This document shows, piece by piece, positions 44,068-53,779 of a DNA stretch of 64,000 nt. The notes beneath the pieces were generated by a model. It did not search any database. It worked only from the letters and a program-made list of their open reading frames with translations, and was not told the DNA's origin. The position numbers and the translations under genes were made by a program. Position 1 is the stretch's first letter, and every line of letters begins with the position of its first letter. Source of the stretch: a virus; the IMG/VR virus record IMGVR_UViG_3300047409_000171, positions 6,156 to 70,155 of that record, one strand, 5' to 3'.

Positions 44068-44687
44068 GCCGGACGACTCCCCGGCGGCGGAGAATCGTCC
44101 GGTGGGAGGCGTGTTTCCACGCTGCCTATGTCGGGTCTCCCTCCTACCACCTCCTCCCGTTGGGGCTGGCCCTCCGCCAGCGATTGCTTAGGCGCTGGCG
44201 CTTTGGTGCGCGGGCGCTTGTTCTTCGGCGCAGGGTCCGGAGTATCCGTTACCCCCACCATGGCCTCGATTTCGGCCTTGAGTACATTGCGGTCCATGCT
44301 AGGCAGAAACTTCATCACCACGACATCGGTCACGCGCCGCAGCAGGCGAATCCATGTGTCCGCGCTCAGGCCGGATATGGACTTGACGCGCAGTTCCGAC
44401 TTGTTGCGCAGGTGATCGTGAATCAGTTTGAAGTGCTTGACCTCGAGCAAGATGCGATCGGCGCAATCCTTCTTGTCCAGGAACCCGTCGGGCGAGTTTT
44501 CGCTGACCTTCCCAATTAATGCCCAGAAAAATTTGAGGTATTTCAGATTGGCCGGCACGGTGCATTCGGCCTTGACCTCGGCATCCATGGGTAGGCTGCT
44601 GAATTCCTCGCGAAAAACTTCCGTGTCTAGGAATAGGCCAACCTCGTTCGGCTGCGCGCGGCGCTTGCGGAAGATGATTTCCGTCAT
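44064..44687 (-). CDS. NinB/DUF1367-like recombination protein
   Basis: N.KYLKFFWAL, KSIS; downstream of recT. Confidence 0.5.
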   Translation of the reverse strand: MTEIIFRKRRAQPNEVGLFLDTEVFREEFSSLPMDAEVKAECTVPANLKYLKFFWALIGKVSENSPDGFLDKKDCADRILLEVKHFKLIHDHLRNKSELRVKSISGLSADTWIRLLRRVTDVVVMKFLPSMDRNVLKAEIEAMVGVTDTPDPAPKNKRPRTKAPAPKQSLAEGQPQREEVVGGRPDIGSVETRLPPDDSPPPGSRPA

Positions 44688-44827
44688 TGGGCCAGACTTT
44701 CGCATGCGCGGCACATGATGCGATCCCGCGACTGTTCTATCGGACAATGGAATGGCCACTTGCAGGTCAGACATCGGATCGTGATGTAGCCGCTGCTGTT
44801 CGGCCAACTAAGGATGTTGCGAGACAT
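44684..44827 (-). CDS. 47-aa Zn-finger protein
   Basis: MSRNIL...CLTC...CRAC; ATGA-coupled. Confidence 0.5.
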   Translation of the reverse strand: MSRNILSWPNSSGYITIRCLTCKWPFHCPIEQSRDRIMCRACESLAQ

Positions 44828-44829
44828 GG

Positions 44830-45741
44830 CTATTCGTCCGAATTTAGAGCGGCTTGGCGCTTGTCATACGCCGCCAAAAGATCGTCGTAATCACTCGGGA
44901 AAACCGCCTGCGTCCCGCGATGCTTCTCGACCTCGGCATTCCAGAAGCCCTCAAGCTCCCCGGGGTCAGAAATATCTCCGATCTTGACGCCGACAGCGTT
45001 GAACCACGCATCGTAGTCCGCGGAGATATTCGGCAGGAGGTAGCGGTTTGGCTGAGGTCCCGAGGTGATCGGGTCATCTTTCGGTGGGGCTCGCGCATCA
45101 TCCATCCGACGTTCAATGGCTTCATCAATCGTAGCCGGTGTCTCCGTCTCGCTCGGGCTCGGCACGCGCAGCGGCGCCTTTGGCGTGACGTCGACCGCCT
45201 CCGCGATCGTGCGGCCCTCGTCCTCGTCGTAGATGCCGGCAAAACCGAAGGCGTAGCGCGCGGCCTGGATCATGGATTTGTGCCGGAGCATGCGGTGGCG
45301 CATTTTCCACGGCTCGGTCGGCCGGATGCACTCCGATAGATATTCGGTGACCGCGGTCGGGTGCTTCCGGTCCTTCCGGTGCATTGTGCAGGTGTAGGAG
45401 AACAGTTCGCCCTTCTCGTCGTACCCCGGCTCAAAGTCGAAGCCATCGCACTGCGGATGCGAGTTGACGAGGTTCAGCCATCCGTCGACCGACACAATCG
45501 GAACGATGCCGCCGCCCTTGCTGGAAAAGGCGTAGATTTGCTTTGTGATCGGGTTGAGATCGTATTCCTTGGCGACCAGCAGGAACGCCGCAAATTCCTC
45601 TCGGCTCGGGACGCGCCCGTTCTTGTCTGGCGGCATGCAGGTGGCGCGCACCGTCGCCTCGAACGCCGCCGGCTCCATGCCGTAGCGGTCGCTCATGTCG
45701 ATCAGGACGGACTTGGGTTTGATAATTGCGGGTACGTTCAA
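44830..45741 (-). CDS. bet: RecT/Bet single-strand annealing protein
   Basis: FLLVAKEYDLNP.TKQIYAF, PIVSVDGW, EYLSEC, RMLRHK..IQ.ARYAFGF.GIYDEDE. Confidence 0.9.
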   Translation of the reverse strand: MNVPAIIKPKSVLIDMSDRYGMEPAAFEATVRATCMPPDKNGRVPSREEFAAFLLVAKEYDLNPITKQIYAFSSKGGGIVPIVSVDGWLNLVNSHPQCDGFDFEPGYDEKGELFSYTCTMHRKDRKHPTAVTEYLSECIRPTEPWKMRHRMLRHKSMIQAARYAFGFAGIYDEDEGRTIAEAVDVTPKAPLRVPSPSETETPATIDEAIERRMDDARAPPKDDPITSGPQPNRYLLPNISADYDAWFNAVGVKIGDISDPGELEGFWNAEVEKHRGTQAVFPSDYDDLLAAYDKRQAALNSDE

Positions 45742-45823
45742 TTCGTCCTCCTTTGGAGTTGGCCACCAACGGCCACGACGCGAGCACCATGGGGCCGCGC
45801 CGCGCCGTTGTCAATTGCGAGAT

Positions 45824-46882
45824 TTACCGAACGTCGGATTTTTCTTCGACCGTGGCGCCGGGCACCGCGATCCCGGCCCGGACTGCTTTTTGGGCCAGAT
45901 CGGACAGAACCTTGATAACCTCCGGCGCCTCCCGGAACTGCTGGAACACCCTGTCGACGTCGATCTCCGTGACGAATTTGACGAGGTTGACGTGCGCCGC
46001 GCGGCCGGCACCGCCCCTGATCTGGGCTGCGGGCGGCGGTACATTCGATTTGACCGGTTCCGGGGGCGGCGGGGCTGGCTGGTTCGCTGCAGCAGCCTTG
46101 GCCGTAGCTTCGGCATGCTCCCGGGCGGCCTTCTCAGCGGCCTCCGCAGCGAGCCTGGCGGCCTTGCGTTTCTCGTCCTCCCATGCGCCCATCGCTTTCT
46201 TGATCGTGCTGGACGCCTCGTCGGCGGCATCCCGGAGCGGGAACCACAATTCGCGCAGTTTCTTCTGCTGTTCGAGCAATGGCCGATTGGCCGCCTCGTA
46301 ATGCTTGCCAGCCTCGCCGCGCAGGTCCAGGAACCGGTTTTGCAGGGACCGCGCCTTGGCGGCCATTTCGTCGGAATCGATGGTGGCGTATTTGGCGAGG
46401 AGTTTTTCGCTATCGGCCAATTCTCGGATAATTTTCCCGTGCGGGTCCATCACATCTGCAGCAATGACATCCAATGCCTGCTTGCGGTTTTGGATTATCA
46501 TTTCCGTGCGGTCGAGTGATCCGCTTGAATTCGCCACCGGTATTGATGCTACGGTCTCGTGGCTGTCTGGCCACCGCTCGCCCCGCTCAGAAACGGAGCG
46601 AAACCATTCCTCTGATATCGGATTTGCAGCGCAGTAGCTCCACAATTCATTGATGCGGTCGCGGTCGGTGATGATGGTCTCGTTGCCGTGCTGACCGACT
46701 TGCGCCGTGAGTTCGCCGCTAGCATGGAAGATTGCCACTGGCGACCATCCGACGCGCTTGCGGGCTTTGTTTTCCTGTTTCTCGTAGACGCCCTGCCGAT
46801 AGAATCCTGGTTGCGGATCGTCGACGAACATCTTCGGCTTCTCGCCAGCGATCGCGGCTTTCCAATATGCGTATGTGGTCAC
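45824..46882 (-). CDS. Conserved phage coiled-coil protein
   Basis: PQPGFYR, W.PVAI, long coiled coil, C-terminal VPG.TV.E. Confidence 0.7.
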   Translation of the reverse strand: MTTYAYWKAAIAGEKPKMFVDDPQPGFYRQGVYEKQENKARKRVGWSPVAIFHASGELTAQVGQHGNETIITDRDRINELWSYCAANPISEEWFRSVSERGERWPDSHETVASIPVANSSGSLDRTEMIIQNRKQALDVIAADVMDPHGKIIRELADSEKLLAKYATIDSDEMAAKARSLQNRFLDLRGEAGKHYEAANRPLLEQQKKLRELWFPLRDAADEASSTIKKAMGAWEDEKRKAARLAAEAAEKAAREHAEATAKAAAANQPAPPPPEPVKSNVPPPAAQIRGGAGRAAHVNLVKFVTEIDVDRVFQQFREAPEVIKVLSDLAQKAVRAGIAVPGATVEEKSDVR

Positions 46883-47088
46883 TTCGGCTCATCCTTCTTG
46901 GCGTGCGGAAACTTGCCCTTGATATTCTGATGGAAGAACGTGCCGGGACTTTCCGCCGTCAGTATCTTGTGGAGCATGTCAGCGGGGACACCGTCGTATT
47001 CATACGTCCCGCCGTTGGTGAATTTTACGGTCAACGTCTTGCCCTCGTGTCCGATTTCTTCAATGTTCGACGACTTGACCTTATGCAT
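46879..47088 (-). CDS. KTSC domain protein
   Basis: VKSSNI..IG.....L.V.F.NGG.Y.Y.GVP...S.G.FF..NIK. Confidence 0.9.
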   Translation of the reverse strand: MHKVKSSNIEEIGHEGKTLTVKFTNGGTYEYDGVPADMLHKILTAESPGTFFHQNIKGKFPHAKKDEPK

Positions 47089-47260
47089 TGTCCTTCTCCC
47101 GTTTTTCGATCCGCGCCAACTCGGCCTCGATCAGCGTTTCCAGCGCAGCCATGATCCATGATTCCGTCGCGACACGACCTTCTAGCCCGCGGTGTTTGCG
47201 GATTTCGAGTAAGCCAACGATTTTCGATTTCGTATTTTGCGGCTGCCCTTGCGTGGCCAT
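47081..47260 (-). CDS. Hypothetical protein
   Basis: Short ORF in the operon, overlaps the upstream gene. Confidence 0.4.
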   Translation of the reverse strand: MATQGQPQNTKSKIVGLLEIRKHRGLEGRVATESWIMAALETLIEAELARIEKREKDNA

Positions 47261-47616
47261 TGGCTTTTTGTCCTCAGTTTGCTGCCGAATCCCCTCGGCT
47301 TTATAGTTTGACGCGGCTTGCGCTTCTTTTTCGGTGCGCCGCCGGTCCCGCCGTACTCGGCATAGAGGCGTGCGGCGATATCGAATGGATTTTTGGCATG
47401 CACCCCCCAGAACATGGATTCGTTCATGGTGTGCTGCTCGCGGTGGCATGCCGGGCACAATGGGGTTGCAAACCTATCGTCTGGCTTCTTCCCGAGTGCA
47501 CCGAACCCGATGCGAATGTGACATGCCTCCGAAGGTGGACCGCGACCGCACGCGGAACAGGAGCGGCCGCGTAGAAACGCCAGAAATTTATCGTCATGGA
47601 GCCTCGGCCTGCTCAT
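47182..47616 (-). CDS. DUF968-like HNH-fold protein
   Basis: FLAFLR...C..CG...EACH.R...KPDD...PLC..CHREQH. Confidence 0.8.
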   Translation of the reverse strand: MSRPRLHDDKFLAFLRGRSCSACGRGPPSEACHIRIGFGALGKKPDDRFATPLCPACHREQHTMNESMFWGVHAKNPFDIAARLYAEYGGTGGAPKKKRKPRQTIKPRGFGSKLRTKSQWPRKGSRKIRNRKSLAYSKSANTAG

Positions 47617-47713
47617 GCGGGCAACGCTGTCCAGATGTAGACCCACACGATGACGACGGCGGCAATCCCCGCCGTCTCGAATGCGCAGAGCGCGAGTTGC
47701 TTGGCGAGGCGCA

Positions 47714-47965
47714 TCAGAACAAAATCTCGTCGTCAGCGATTACCGATTGCGGCGCAACTGCGGGCTCCTCGAATTGCTTGATTACGGCCGTGATGGCTTC
47801 AGCCAAAGCAATCGAGAGTTTTGAGTTCTCGGTGTGGACGGTAAATTCACCAAACCCGTTTGGGCCGCCGTCGAACTTGAGGATAAGCGGGGCAGACGCC
47901 AACTCGGCATACGTTATGGCGCTGACGAGCTTGACGTTTTGAAGGGACATGCTGCTGAAAAACAT
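47714..47965 (-). CDS. Hypothetical protein, first gene of the leftward operon
   Basis: AGGAG RBS. Confidence 0.6.
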   Translation of the reverse strand: MFFSSMSLQNVKLVSAITYAELASAPLILKFDGGPNGFGEFTVHTENSKLSIALAEAITAVIKQFEEPAVAPQSVIADDEILF

Positions 47966-48015
47966 TTGGTCTCTCCTATTTTGAGGCGAGCCACTGAGCG
48001 GCTCCGACCCGTCCG

Positions 48016-48081
48016 AATGTAGTGGATATATCGGGCCTGTCAATACTATAATTGACGCCACGATGATTTTTGGTGTATGAA
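48016..48081. promoter_or_regulatory. Back-to-back divergent promoters
   Basis: GTCAAT-N6-ATTGAC; TTGACA..TACATT leftward, TTGACG..TATGAA rightward. Confidence 0.65.
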
Positions 48082-48087
48082 CCGTGC

Positions 48088-48417
48088 ATGGCTAAAAAAC
48101 AGACCAGTTTTGAGCGGGTTATCTACGCGGTGGTGGCCAAGTTCGAGGCCGAGCACGGAACCGTAAACGGTGCCATGACGTGGCTGGCCAACGGCGTTGG
48201 CGTCAGCAAGCAGGCGATAAACCAGGCCAAGACAAAAGGCCGGTTCCCGGACGGATATCTGGCAAAAATCAGCAAATTCACGGGGATACCGGTGCCGACG
48301 CTGCAGGGCGACCCGACGGATGAAGTCGTGGAATTGTCGCGGCGCTGGCGCATATCGGTACGGGATACCGAGGTGGCGCTGATCCGCATCGGATTGGACC
48401 ACGCAAATCGAAAGTGA
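48088..48417 (+). CDS. Cro-like HTH regulator
   Basis: WLANGVGVSKQAINQ...G.FP; probably a leaderless mRNA. Confidence 0.65.
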   Translation: MAKKQTSFERVIYAVVAKFEAEHGTVNGAMTWLANGVGVSKQAINQAKTKGRFPDGYLAKISKFTGIPVPTLQGDPTDEVVELSRRWRISVRDTEVALIRIGLDHANRK

Positions 48418-48438
48418 CCGCCAGCAAAAGGAGCACCC

Positions 48439-49074
48439 ATGGCAAGACCGAAGAAAGCTGATACCGAGAAAAAACCCCGTAAACCACGAGAGACAAAGGC
48501 GAAAGCTGCGCCGGACGCCAAGGCGGCTGACCGGACCAATGAGCCGAAGGCCGATCCTGAGCTCCGTGCGCTGGCAATCTCGCACCGCGACAAATACTCC
48601 AAACTGAAGGAACGGCTGGGGAAAGCGCAGAGTGACATGCGTGCTTTCGGCAAGGAAGTGAAGCAGGACGGCTTCACTCTCAGGCAGATAAAACTGATGG
48701 TCGAACTGTCCACGCCCGAGGGCGAACAGGCTTGGCGGATGACGATCGCCAATGACCTTATTGCGGCGCAATATCAGGGGGCGGCAATCGGGCAACAGTT
48801 GGCCCTATTTTTAGAGCCGGACCGTACTCCAGCTGTGGATATTGCCTATGACCAAGGCGTTTTCGACTGTGTCGAGGGCAAAACTGCCAAGTCACCCTAC
48901 GCACCGTCGGTGCCACAGACGCAATCCTACCTCAAGGGCTATGCAGACGAGCAGGAACGGCGCCTGAAGGGCGGGATCAAGAAATTGGACCCGGAGCAGC
49001 AGGCCGACCGCGCGGCTACCCTTGCGGCTGCTAGGGGCTCTACGGTGCCTCCTGCGCCGGACACTACGCACTGA
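48439..49074 (+). CDS. GapR/DUF2312-like DNA-binding protein
   Basis: Coiled coil then E.K.DGF....IK. Confidence 0.5.
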   Translation: MARPKKADTEKKPRKPRETKAKAAPDAKAADRTNEPKADPELRALAISHRDKYSKLKERLGKAQSDMRAFGKEVKQDGFTLRQIKLMVELSTPEGEQAWRMTIANDLIAAQYQGAAIGQQLALFLEPDRTPAVDIAYDQGVFDCVEGKTAKSPYAPSVPQTQSYLKGYADEQERRLKGGIKKLDPEQQADRAATLAAARGSTVPPAPDTTH

Positions 49075-49556
49075 TGCGGATCGTCGGGGTAGACCCCGGC
49101 CGAAAGGGAGCCCTCGCGTTTGTTCGCGGGGGTGTTATTTGTGACGTAATCGACGTTCCCCTGATGCCGGACAATTCTCAGGTCCAGGTTGACGGAAAAC
49201 GGCTATGCAAATGGATCGAATCGGTCCTGCCGATCGACGTCGTGGTTATTGAGAACGTCCAGCCGATGCGCGGGACCGGCGACGATAGCGAGGGGATGCC
49301 CTCGGGCAATTCGTTCCGGTTCGGCCTGATCGCCGGCGAGCTCCGGATGGCGTTCAAATGCTACGGTGTGCCGATCCGGCTGGTGACGCCGGGCCAATGG
49401 AAGCGGCATTTTGGGCTTTTGAAACAGAAGAAAGCCGCATCGAAGGCGAAGCTGCTGGCGATCCGGCCCGGTGCCGGAGCATTTGTGCGGCGGATCGATT
49501 CGGCTGAGGCTGCGCTGCTGGCGCTGTTTGAGGTGGAAAGGCGGGGGATGTTATGA
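49074..49556 (+). CDS. RuvC-like Holliday junction resolvase
   Basis: IVGVDPG..GALA, VVIE.V, SFRFG, VTP..WK, AEAALLA. Confidence 0.85.
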   Translation: MRIVGVDPGRKGALAFVRGGVICDVIDVPLMPDNSQVQVDGKRLCKWIESVLPIDVVVIENVQPMRGTGDDSEGMPSGNSFRFGLIAGELRMAFKCYGVPIRLVTPGQWKRHFGLLKQKKAASKAKLLAIRPGAGAFVRRIDSAEAALLALFEVERRGML

Positions 49557-50254
49557 ACCTTACAGAAGCAAGATCAATCGTGGGAACGCTTAGTTTCCCG
49601 TCTAAAATGCCAGGAACTGCATTCGCCATTTCAGCGGCACTATGCATTGCTGGATCAAAATTGGCTAAAGTCGTCGGCAGCACCTGCCATGGATGCTACG
49701 CGCTCCGAACCCACTACATTCGGGCTAATCCGCAGAAAGCCATGCGAAAGCGAATGGCTGGCCTTTCGGATACCCGATGGGTAGAGGCTGTGGTGACGCT
49801 GCTTCGTCACAAGCATAGTTTCCCGGAGTTTCGTATTGATCTTGGCATTCGTGATGCGAAGGCGAGGGGTCTCCAGCGCTGGCGCATGAACGCTTCAGGC
49901 TGGCACAGATGGCACGACAGCGGCGATCTGCAAGGCGTTTGGCATCTTGCCAAAATCTGCGAGGTTGCAGCGCAAACACCTAAAATCCGGCATTGGCTGG
50001 CGACGCGCGAAACGCAGATGGTTCTGGACTATGTGAGCGGCGGCGGGATCATCCCGAACAATATGGTGATCCGCGTATCTGCCGCGATGGTCGATAGGCC
50101 GCCGCCGAAAGCGTGGCCATTGACTTCGACCGTACATGATCTGGTTATGCCATCCGGACACATTTGCCCTGCACCGGAGCAGAACCATGAATGCGGATCG
50201 TGCCGCGCGTGCTGGTCTAAAGACGTGGCTAACGTGAGCTACCAAAAGCACTAA
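49553..50254 (+). CDS. GP88-like Cys-rich protein
   Basis: SKMPG, C..GSKL...GSTC.GCYA, RWHDSGDL, HWL.TRE, C.SCRACW. Confidence 0.75.
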   Translation: MNLTEARSIVGTLSFPSKMPGTAFAISAALCIAGSKLAKVVGSTCHGCYALRTHYIRANPQKAMRKRMAGLSDTRWVEAVVTLLRHKHSFPEFRIDLGIRDAKARGLQRWRMNASGWHRWHDSGDLQGVWHLAKICEVAAQTPKIRHWLATRETQMVLDYVSGGGIIPNNMVIRVSAAMVDRPPPKAWPLTSTVHDLVMPSGHICPAPEQNHECGSCRACWSKDVANVSYQKH

Positions 50255-50329
50255 AATCAATAGGTAGTATGCCGCCGTAAATTTTTTCTATTTGTTGGGC
50301 TTGCCCAACTAGCCGAATCGGCTTCAAAT

Positions 50330-50790
50330 GCCACAAAGCCGCCACGGGTGCGTCCGCAGCGGCTTCGGGTAACACCGCGCAGACTTTTGAGACGGGATGC
50401 GCAGCCAGAGCAAGATATAGGCGAATTAGCCGAATTGCTCAACCCCCAAATCCCGTCAGCCCGGACTAGTTCCGACTGAGCCAAGTCAATCCACAAAAAT
50501 CGCACTGGTCCGGCAGGCTATCCGGGGAAGAAGCGGGCGGGCACTTACCATGCTTTGCATGGGTTCCGACCGTGACAGTTGTGGACTAGCAGGCTGTCAG
50601 AAACCACGGCCACTTATGGCGTTTTCGTTCCCAATCCGGAGGGAATAGTCCGGGGCCAGACGAGGTGGCGCTCGCTAAAACGCACCGTGGTTATACCCGC
50701 TATCTAGTCGTCTCAACCGCATGGCCTACTAACCCTAGTGTCGAAAGGCAGCAAAGAGAGGGGTTAGGTAGATAGGCCAGACGTTGCGGA
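50330..50790 (+). ncRNA. Candidate large structured non-coding RNA / origin region upstream of dnaB
   Basis: No credible ORF; many nested helices, a GAAA tetraloop and G-U pairs on the + strand. Confidence 0.45.
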
Positions 50791-50816
50791 AACGGACCTA
50801 TGGGAGAAAGGACTTT

Positions 50817-52262
50817 ATGAAGCGCGAAACCCCAGCCCAGTACGGCCCGCACGACATCCAAGCCGAACAGGAATTGCTTGGGTGCTTGCTGCTATACAAC
50901 AAGACGCATCAATTTATTTCCAGCATCGTTCACCCAGAGCATTTCTTTGAGCCCATTCACCAAGAAATATACGACATCTGCGGCAAACTCATCACAATGG
51001 GCAAGCCAGCGACGCCGACGACGGTCAAGACGTTCCTGCCGGCCGATCTCATGATTGCGGAAGGAATGTCGGTTGGGAAGTACCTCGCGAAGCTGGCGGC
51101 GAGCGCCACCACCATGATATCGGCGCCAGACTTCGCGGGCATCGTGCGGGATTTGGCCGACTATCGGGCGATCATGTCCGTGGTCGAGATGGCTGCGGCC
51201 GTGAAGGGAATCGACAGTGACCCCGGGAAAGCAGCAACAGCGGCAATCGACATGCTGGACGCCATCGTGGCCGAGCGGACAATAGGGAATGTGCCTTCCC
51301 TGACGCTAGGAGCGTCCGTAGTGCGGGCTGTGGACGCCGCGGCCAAGGCTTACCAGAACGACGGCGCGCTCACCGGCATGCCCTACGGGCTCAGGGATTT
51401 GGACCGTAAAACCTCCGGACTAGCGAAGGGCGAATTGACGATCTTGGCGGGACGCCCGGGGATGATGAAAACCGGACTGGCGCTGAATTTCTGCCGCTCA
51501 CTCGGGAAGGCTGGGCACAAGGGGATATTTTTCAGCCTTGAGATGGGCGACGAATCGCTGAGCCGGCGGATGATATCGGACATGCTTTTCGACCGGTACG
51601 AGCTCCCGCATTTCCGGATGAAGGCTGGGAGCATCAACGAGCAGGATTTTGGTCGCATGACGGAGGCGGCCAAGGAATTGAACGATCTGCCGCTGCGGAT
51701 TGAGCAGCAAACTGGGCTTTCGATATCGCAGATTGCGTCCCGGGCCCGGCAGATGAAGCGACGCGAGGGACTGGACTTCATCGTGGTCGACCACATCGGC
51801 CACGTCGCGGTCGAGGATCGCTACCGCGGCAACCGCAACAACGAAATCGGCGAGATCACCAAGGGGCTGTTGCGGCTGGCCCGCGAACTGGACGTCGGCA
51901 TGGTCGCGTTGTGCCAGCTATCTCGAGGTGTGGAGAGTCGGGAAAACAAGAAGCCATCGCTTGGCGATTTGAGGGATTCGGGCGAACTTGAGCAGGACGC
52001 TGCGACGGTGATGTTTGTCTACCGGGAAGCCTACTACTTGGCGAACAAGGAGCCGCGCGCGGGTACCGCCGAATACGAGGTTTGGCAGGCTGAGATGACG
52101 CGCTGCATCAACGATCTTGAAATTATCATATCGAAACAAAGGGATGGTGCCGTGGGCACGGTGCGATGCTACGTCGACGTGACGACCAATGCTGTGCGTG
52201 AGCAGGGTTGGACGCGCGATGCGTGGAGCAATTTGCCAGACGGCGACAGGTTTGAATTCTGA
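50817..52262 (+). CDS. dnaB: Replicative DNA helicase
   Basis: AEQELLG, LAGRPGMMKT, FFSLEM, VVDH, LCQLSR.VE.R..K.P.L.DLRDSGELEQDA, KQRDG. Confidence 0.95.
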   Translation: MKRETPAQYGPHDIQAEQELLGCLLLYNKTHQFISSIVHPEHFFEPIHQEIYDICGKLITMGKPATPTTVKTFLPADLMIAEGMSVGKYLAKLAASATTMISAPDFAGIVRDLADYRAIMSVVEMAAAVKGIDSDPGKAATAAIDMLDAIVAERTIGNVPSLTLGASVVRAVDAAAKAYQNDGALTGMPYGLRDLDRKTSGLAKGELTILAGRPGMMKTGLALNFCRSLGKAGHKGIFFSLEMGDESLSRRMISDMLFDRYELPHFRMKAGSINEQDFGRMTEAAKELNDLPLRIEQQTGLSISQIASRARQMKRREGLDFIVVDHIGHVAVEDRYRGNRNNEIGEITKGLLRLARELDVGMVALCQLSRGVESRENKKPSLGDLRDSGELEQDAATVMFVYREAYYLANKEPRAGTAEYEVWQAEMTRCINDLEIIISKQRDGAVGTVRCYVDVTTNAVREQGWTRDAWSNLPDGDRFEF

Positions 52263-52278
52263 AAATGGAGAAATACCC

Positions 52279-53028
52279 ATGGCTGAAGTTTCTGCAATCT
52301 CTTGGACTGACGCAACGTTCAATCCATGGATCGGATGCACGAAGGTGAGTAATGGCCCGCTCGGGGCCTGCGTCAATTGCTATGCCGAGACCGACAATGG
52401 CCGGCGGAAGTGGGTCGAGGGATGGGGACCAGGAGTCCCGCGGCGAAGGACCGCGCCGTCGAACTGGAAACAGCCGCTCAAATGGGACAGGCAGGCCGCT
52501 GAGGCGGGGAAAATCTTGCGGGTGTTCTGCGCCAGCTTGGCCGACGTGTTCGACAACGAGGTTCCGCAGGAGTGGCGCGACGACCTCTGGGCGCTGATCC
52601 GCGCAACGCCGAATCTGCGCTGGCTGCTGCTGACCAAGCGCATCGGCAACGCGCCGAAGATGCTACCGCCCGACTGGCCCTATGCGAACGCGGGCCTCGG
52701 GGCGACCATCGTCACCCAGGAGGAATGGGGCCGCGACTACCCCAAGCTGGCCGCGATCCCGGCCGCGTTCCATTTCGTGTCCGACGAGCCAACGCTGTCG
52801 CCGATCGACATCGGTGACGCGCGCCCGGATTGGATCATCACCGGCGGCGAGAGCGGCCCCGGCCGACGCCCGTTGAACATGGATCACGTCCGAAGCATGC
52901 GCGACCAGTGCGCCCGCAACGGCGTCACGTTCCACCACAAGCAGAATGGAGGACTGAGAGGGAAGGATACTGGCTGCCTTGTCGACGGCGCCGAGCACAA
53001 GTTTTTTCCGCCGCAGCTTGCCGCATAG
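52279..53028 (+). CDS. DUF5131 (Gp37/Gp68) family protein
   Basis: ISWTDATFNPWIGC.KVS..C.NCYA, VFCASLADVF, LLTKR, WII.GGESG. Confidence 0.9.
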   Translation: MAEVSAISWTDATFNPWIGCTKVSNGPLGACVNCYAETDNGRRKWVEGWGPGVPRRRTAPSNWKQPLKWDRQAAEAGKILRVFCASLADVFDNEVPQEWRDDLWALIRATPNLRWLLLTKRIGNAPKMLPPDWPYANAGLGATIVTQEEWGRDYPKLAAIPAAFHFVSDEPTLSPIDIGDARPDWIITGGESGPGRRPLNMDHVRSMRDQCARNGVTFHHKQNGGLRGKDTGCLVDGAEHKFFPPQLAA

Positions 53029-53037
53029 GAGCATCAC

Positions 53038-53463
53038 ATGACCGCAACGCTATTCGACTTTCCGTCGCCGGCGATCAAGGCAAAGAAGAAGCCAACCAAA
53101 CAGGCCTATACGGAGGAGTTTTTAGCGTTCTGGCAATTGTATCCGCCCAGGTTCAATAGTTCCAAGTTTTTGGCGTTCAAGGCATGGCAGCGGCTGGACG
53201 AGGACGAGCAAAAGCAGGCCACGACGGCGGCGCCGATCTACGCGGCGAGCCAGCGAGGGAAAGACCCCCAATATACCCAGCACGCGGCCACATGGCTCAA
53301 CGGGAAGTATTTCGAGACGATCGCAGTGCCGAGAGCGACCGTTCCGGCGGCGCCCGTGCAGATAGATTGGCCAGCGGCATTGAAAATATACCGGGCTACC
53401 GGCCGATGGAACGTTGATTTCGGGCCTGAACCTGGCCAGCCTCATTATCGTGGGCCAAAATAA
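53038..53463 (+). CDS. Replication-initiator C-terminal-like protein
   Basis: F..FW.LYP...K..A.KAW, HAATWLN. Confidence 0.65.
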   Translation: MTATLFDFPSPAIKAKKKPTKQAYTEEFLAFWQLYPPRFNSSKFLAFKAWQRLDEDEQKQATTAAPIYAASQRGKDPQYTQHAATWLNGKYFETIAVPRATVPAAPVQIDWPAALKIYRATGRWNVDFGPEPGQPHYRGPK

Positions 53464-53488
53464 TCCCTGTTCCTTGTAAATAATCCAG

Positions 53489-53519
53489 TTGACGCCGGTC
53501 TGCAAATCGGTCTATGGTG
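53489..53519 (+). promoter_or_regulatory. Putative promoter of the accessory operon
   Basis: TTGACG...TATGGT in an intergenic gap. Confidence 0.4.
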
Positions 53520-53560
53520 ATTGTGTCGGAGCCGGTAGCGGCTCACTCACGGAGGACAAA

Positions 53561-53779
53561 ATGGCCAAGCACACCAAATACACGGTTCACCATATCGAAG
53601 GTGAAACTGCACGGTTCTCGAACTTGCGCCACGCCCTGCTATTTGCGGTCATGATTTCGGACCGAATGCCCGCTCACTTGATCGAAGTGTCCGCTAAAGA
53701 TGGGCTTGTGGGCCAATACCAGAATGGCAGGCCAACCCCAGAATTTAAGCAGCACCACATCGATGGGGTATTTCACTAA
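53561..53779 (+). CDS. Hypothetical protein
   Basis: GGAGG RBS. Confidence 0.65.
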   Translation: MAKHTKYTVHHIEGETARFSNLRHALLFAVMISDRMPAHLIEVSAKDGLVGQYQNGRPTPEFKQHHIDGVFH

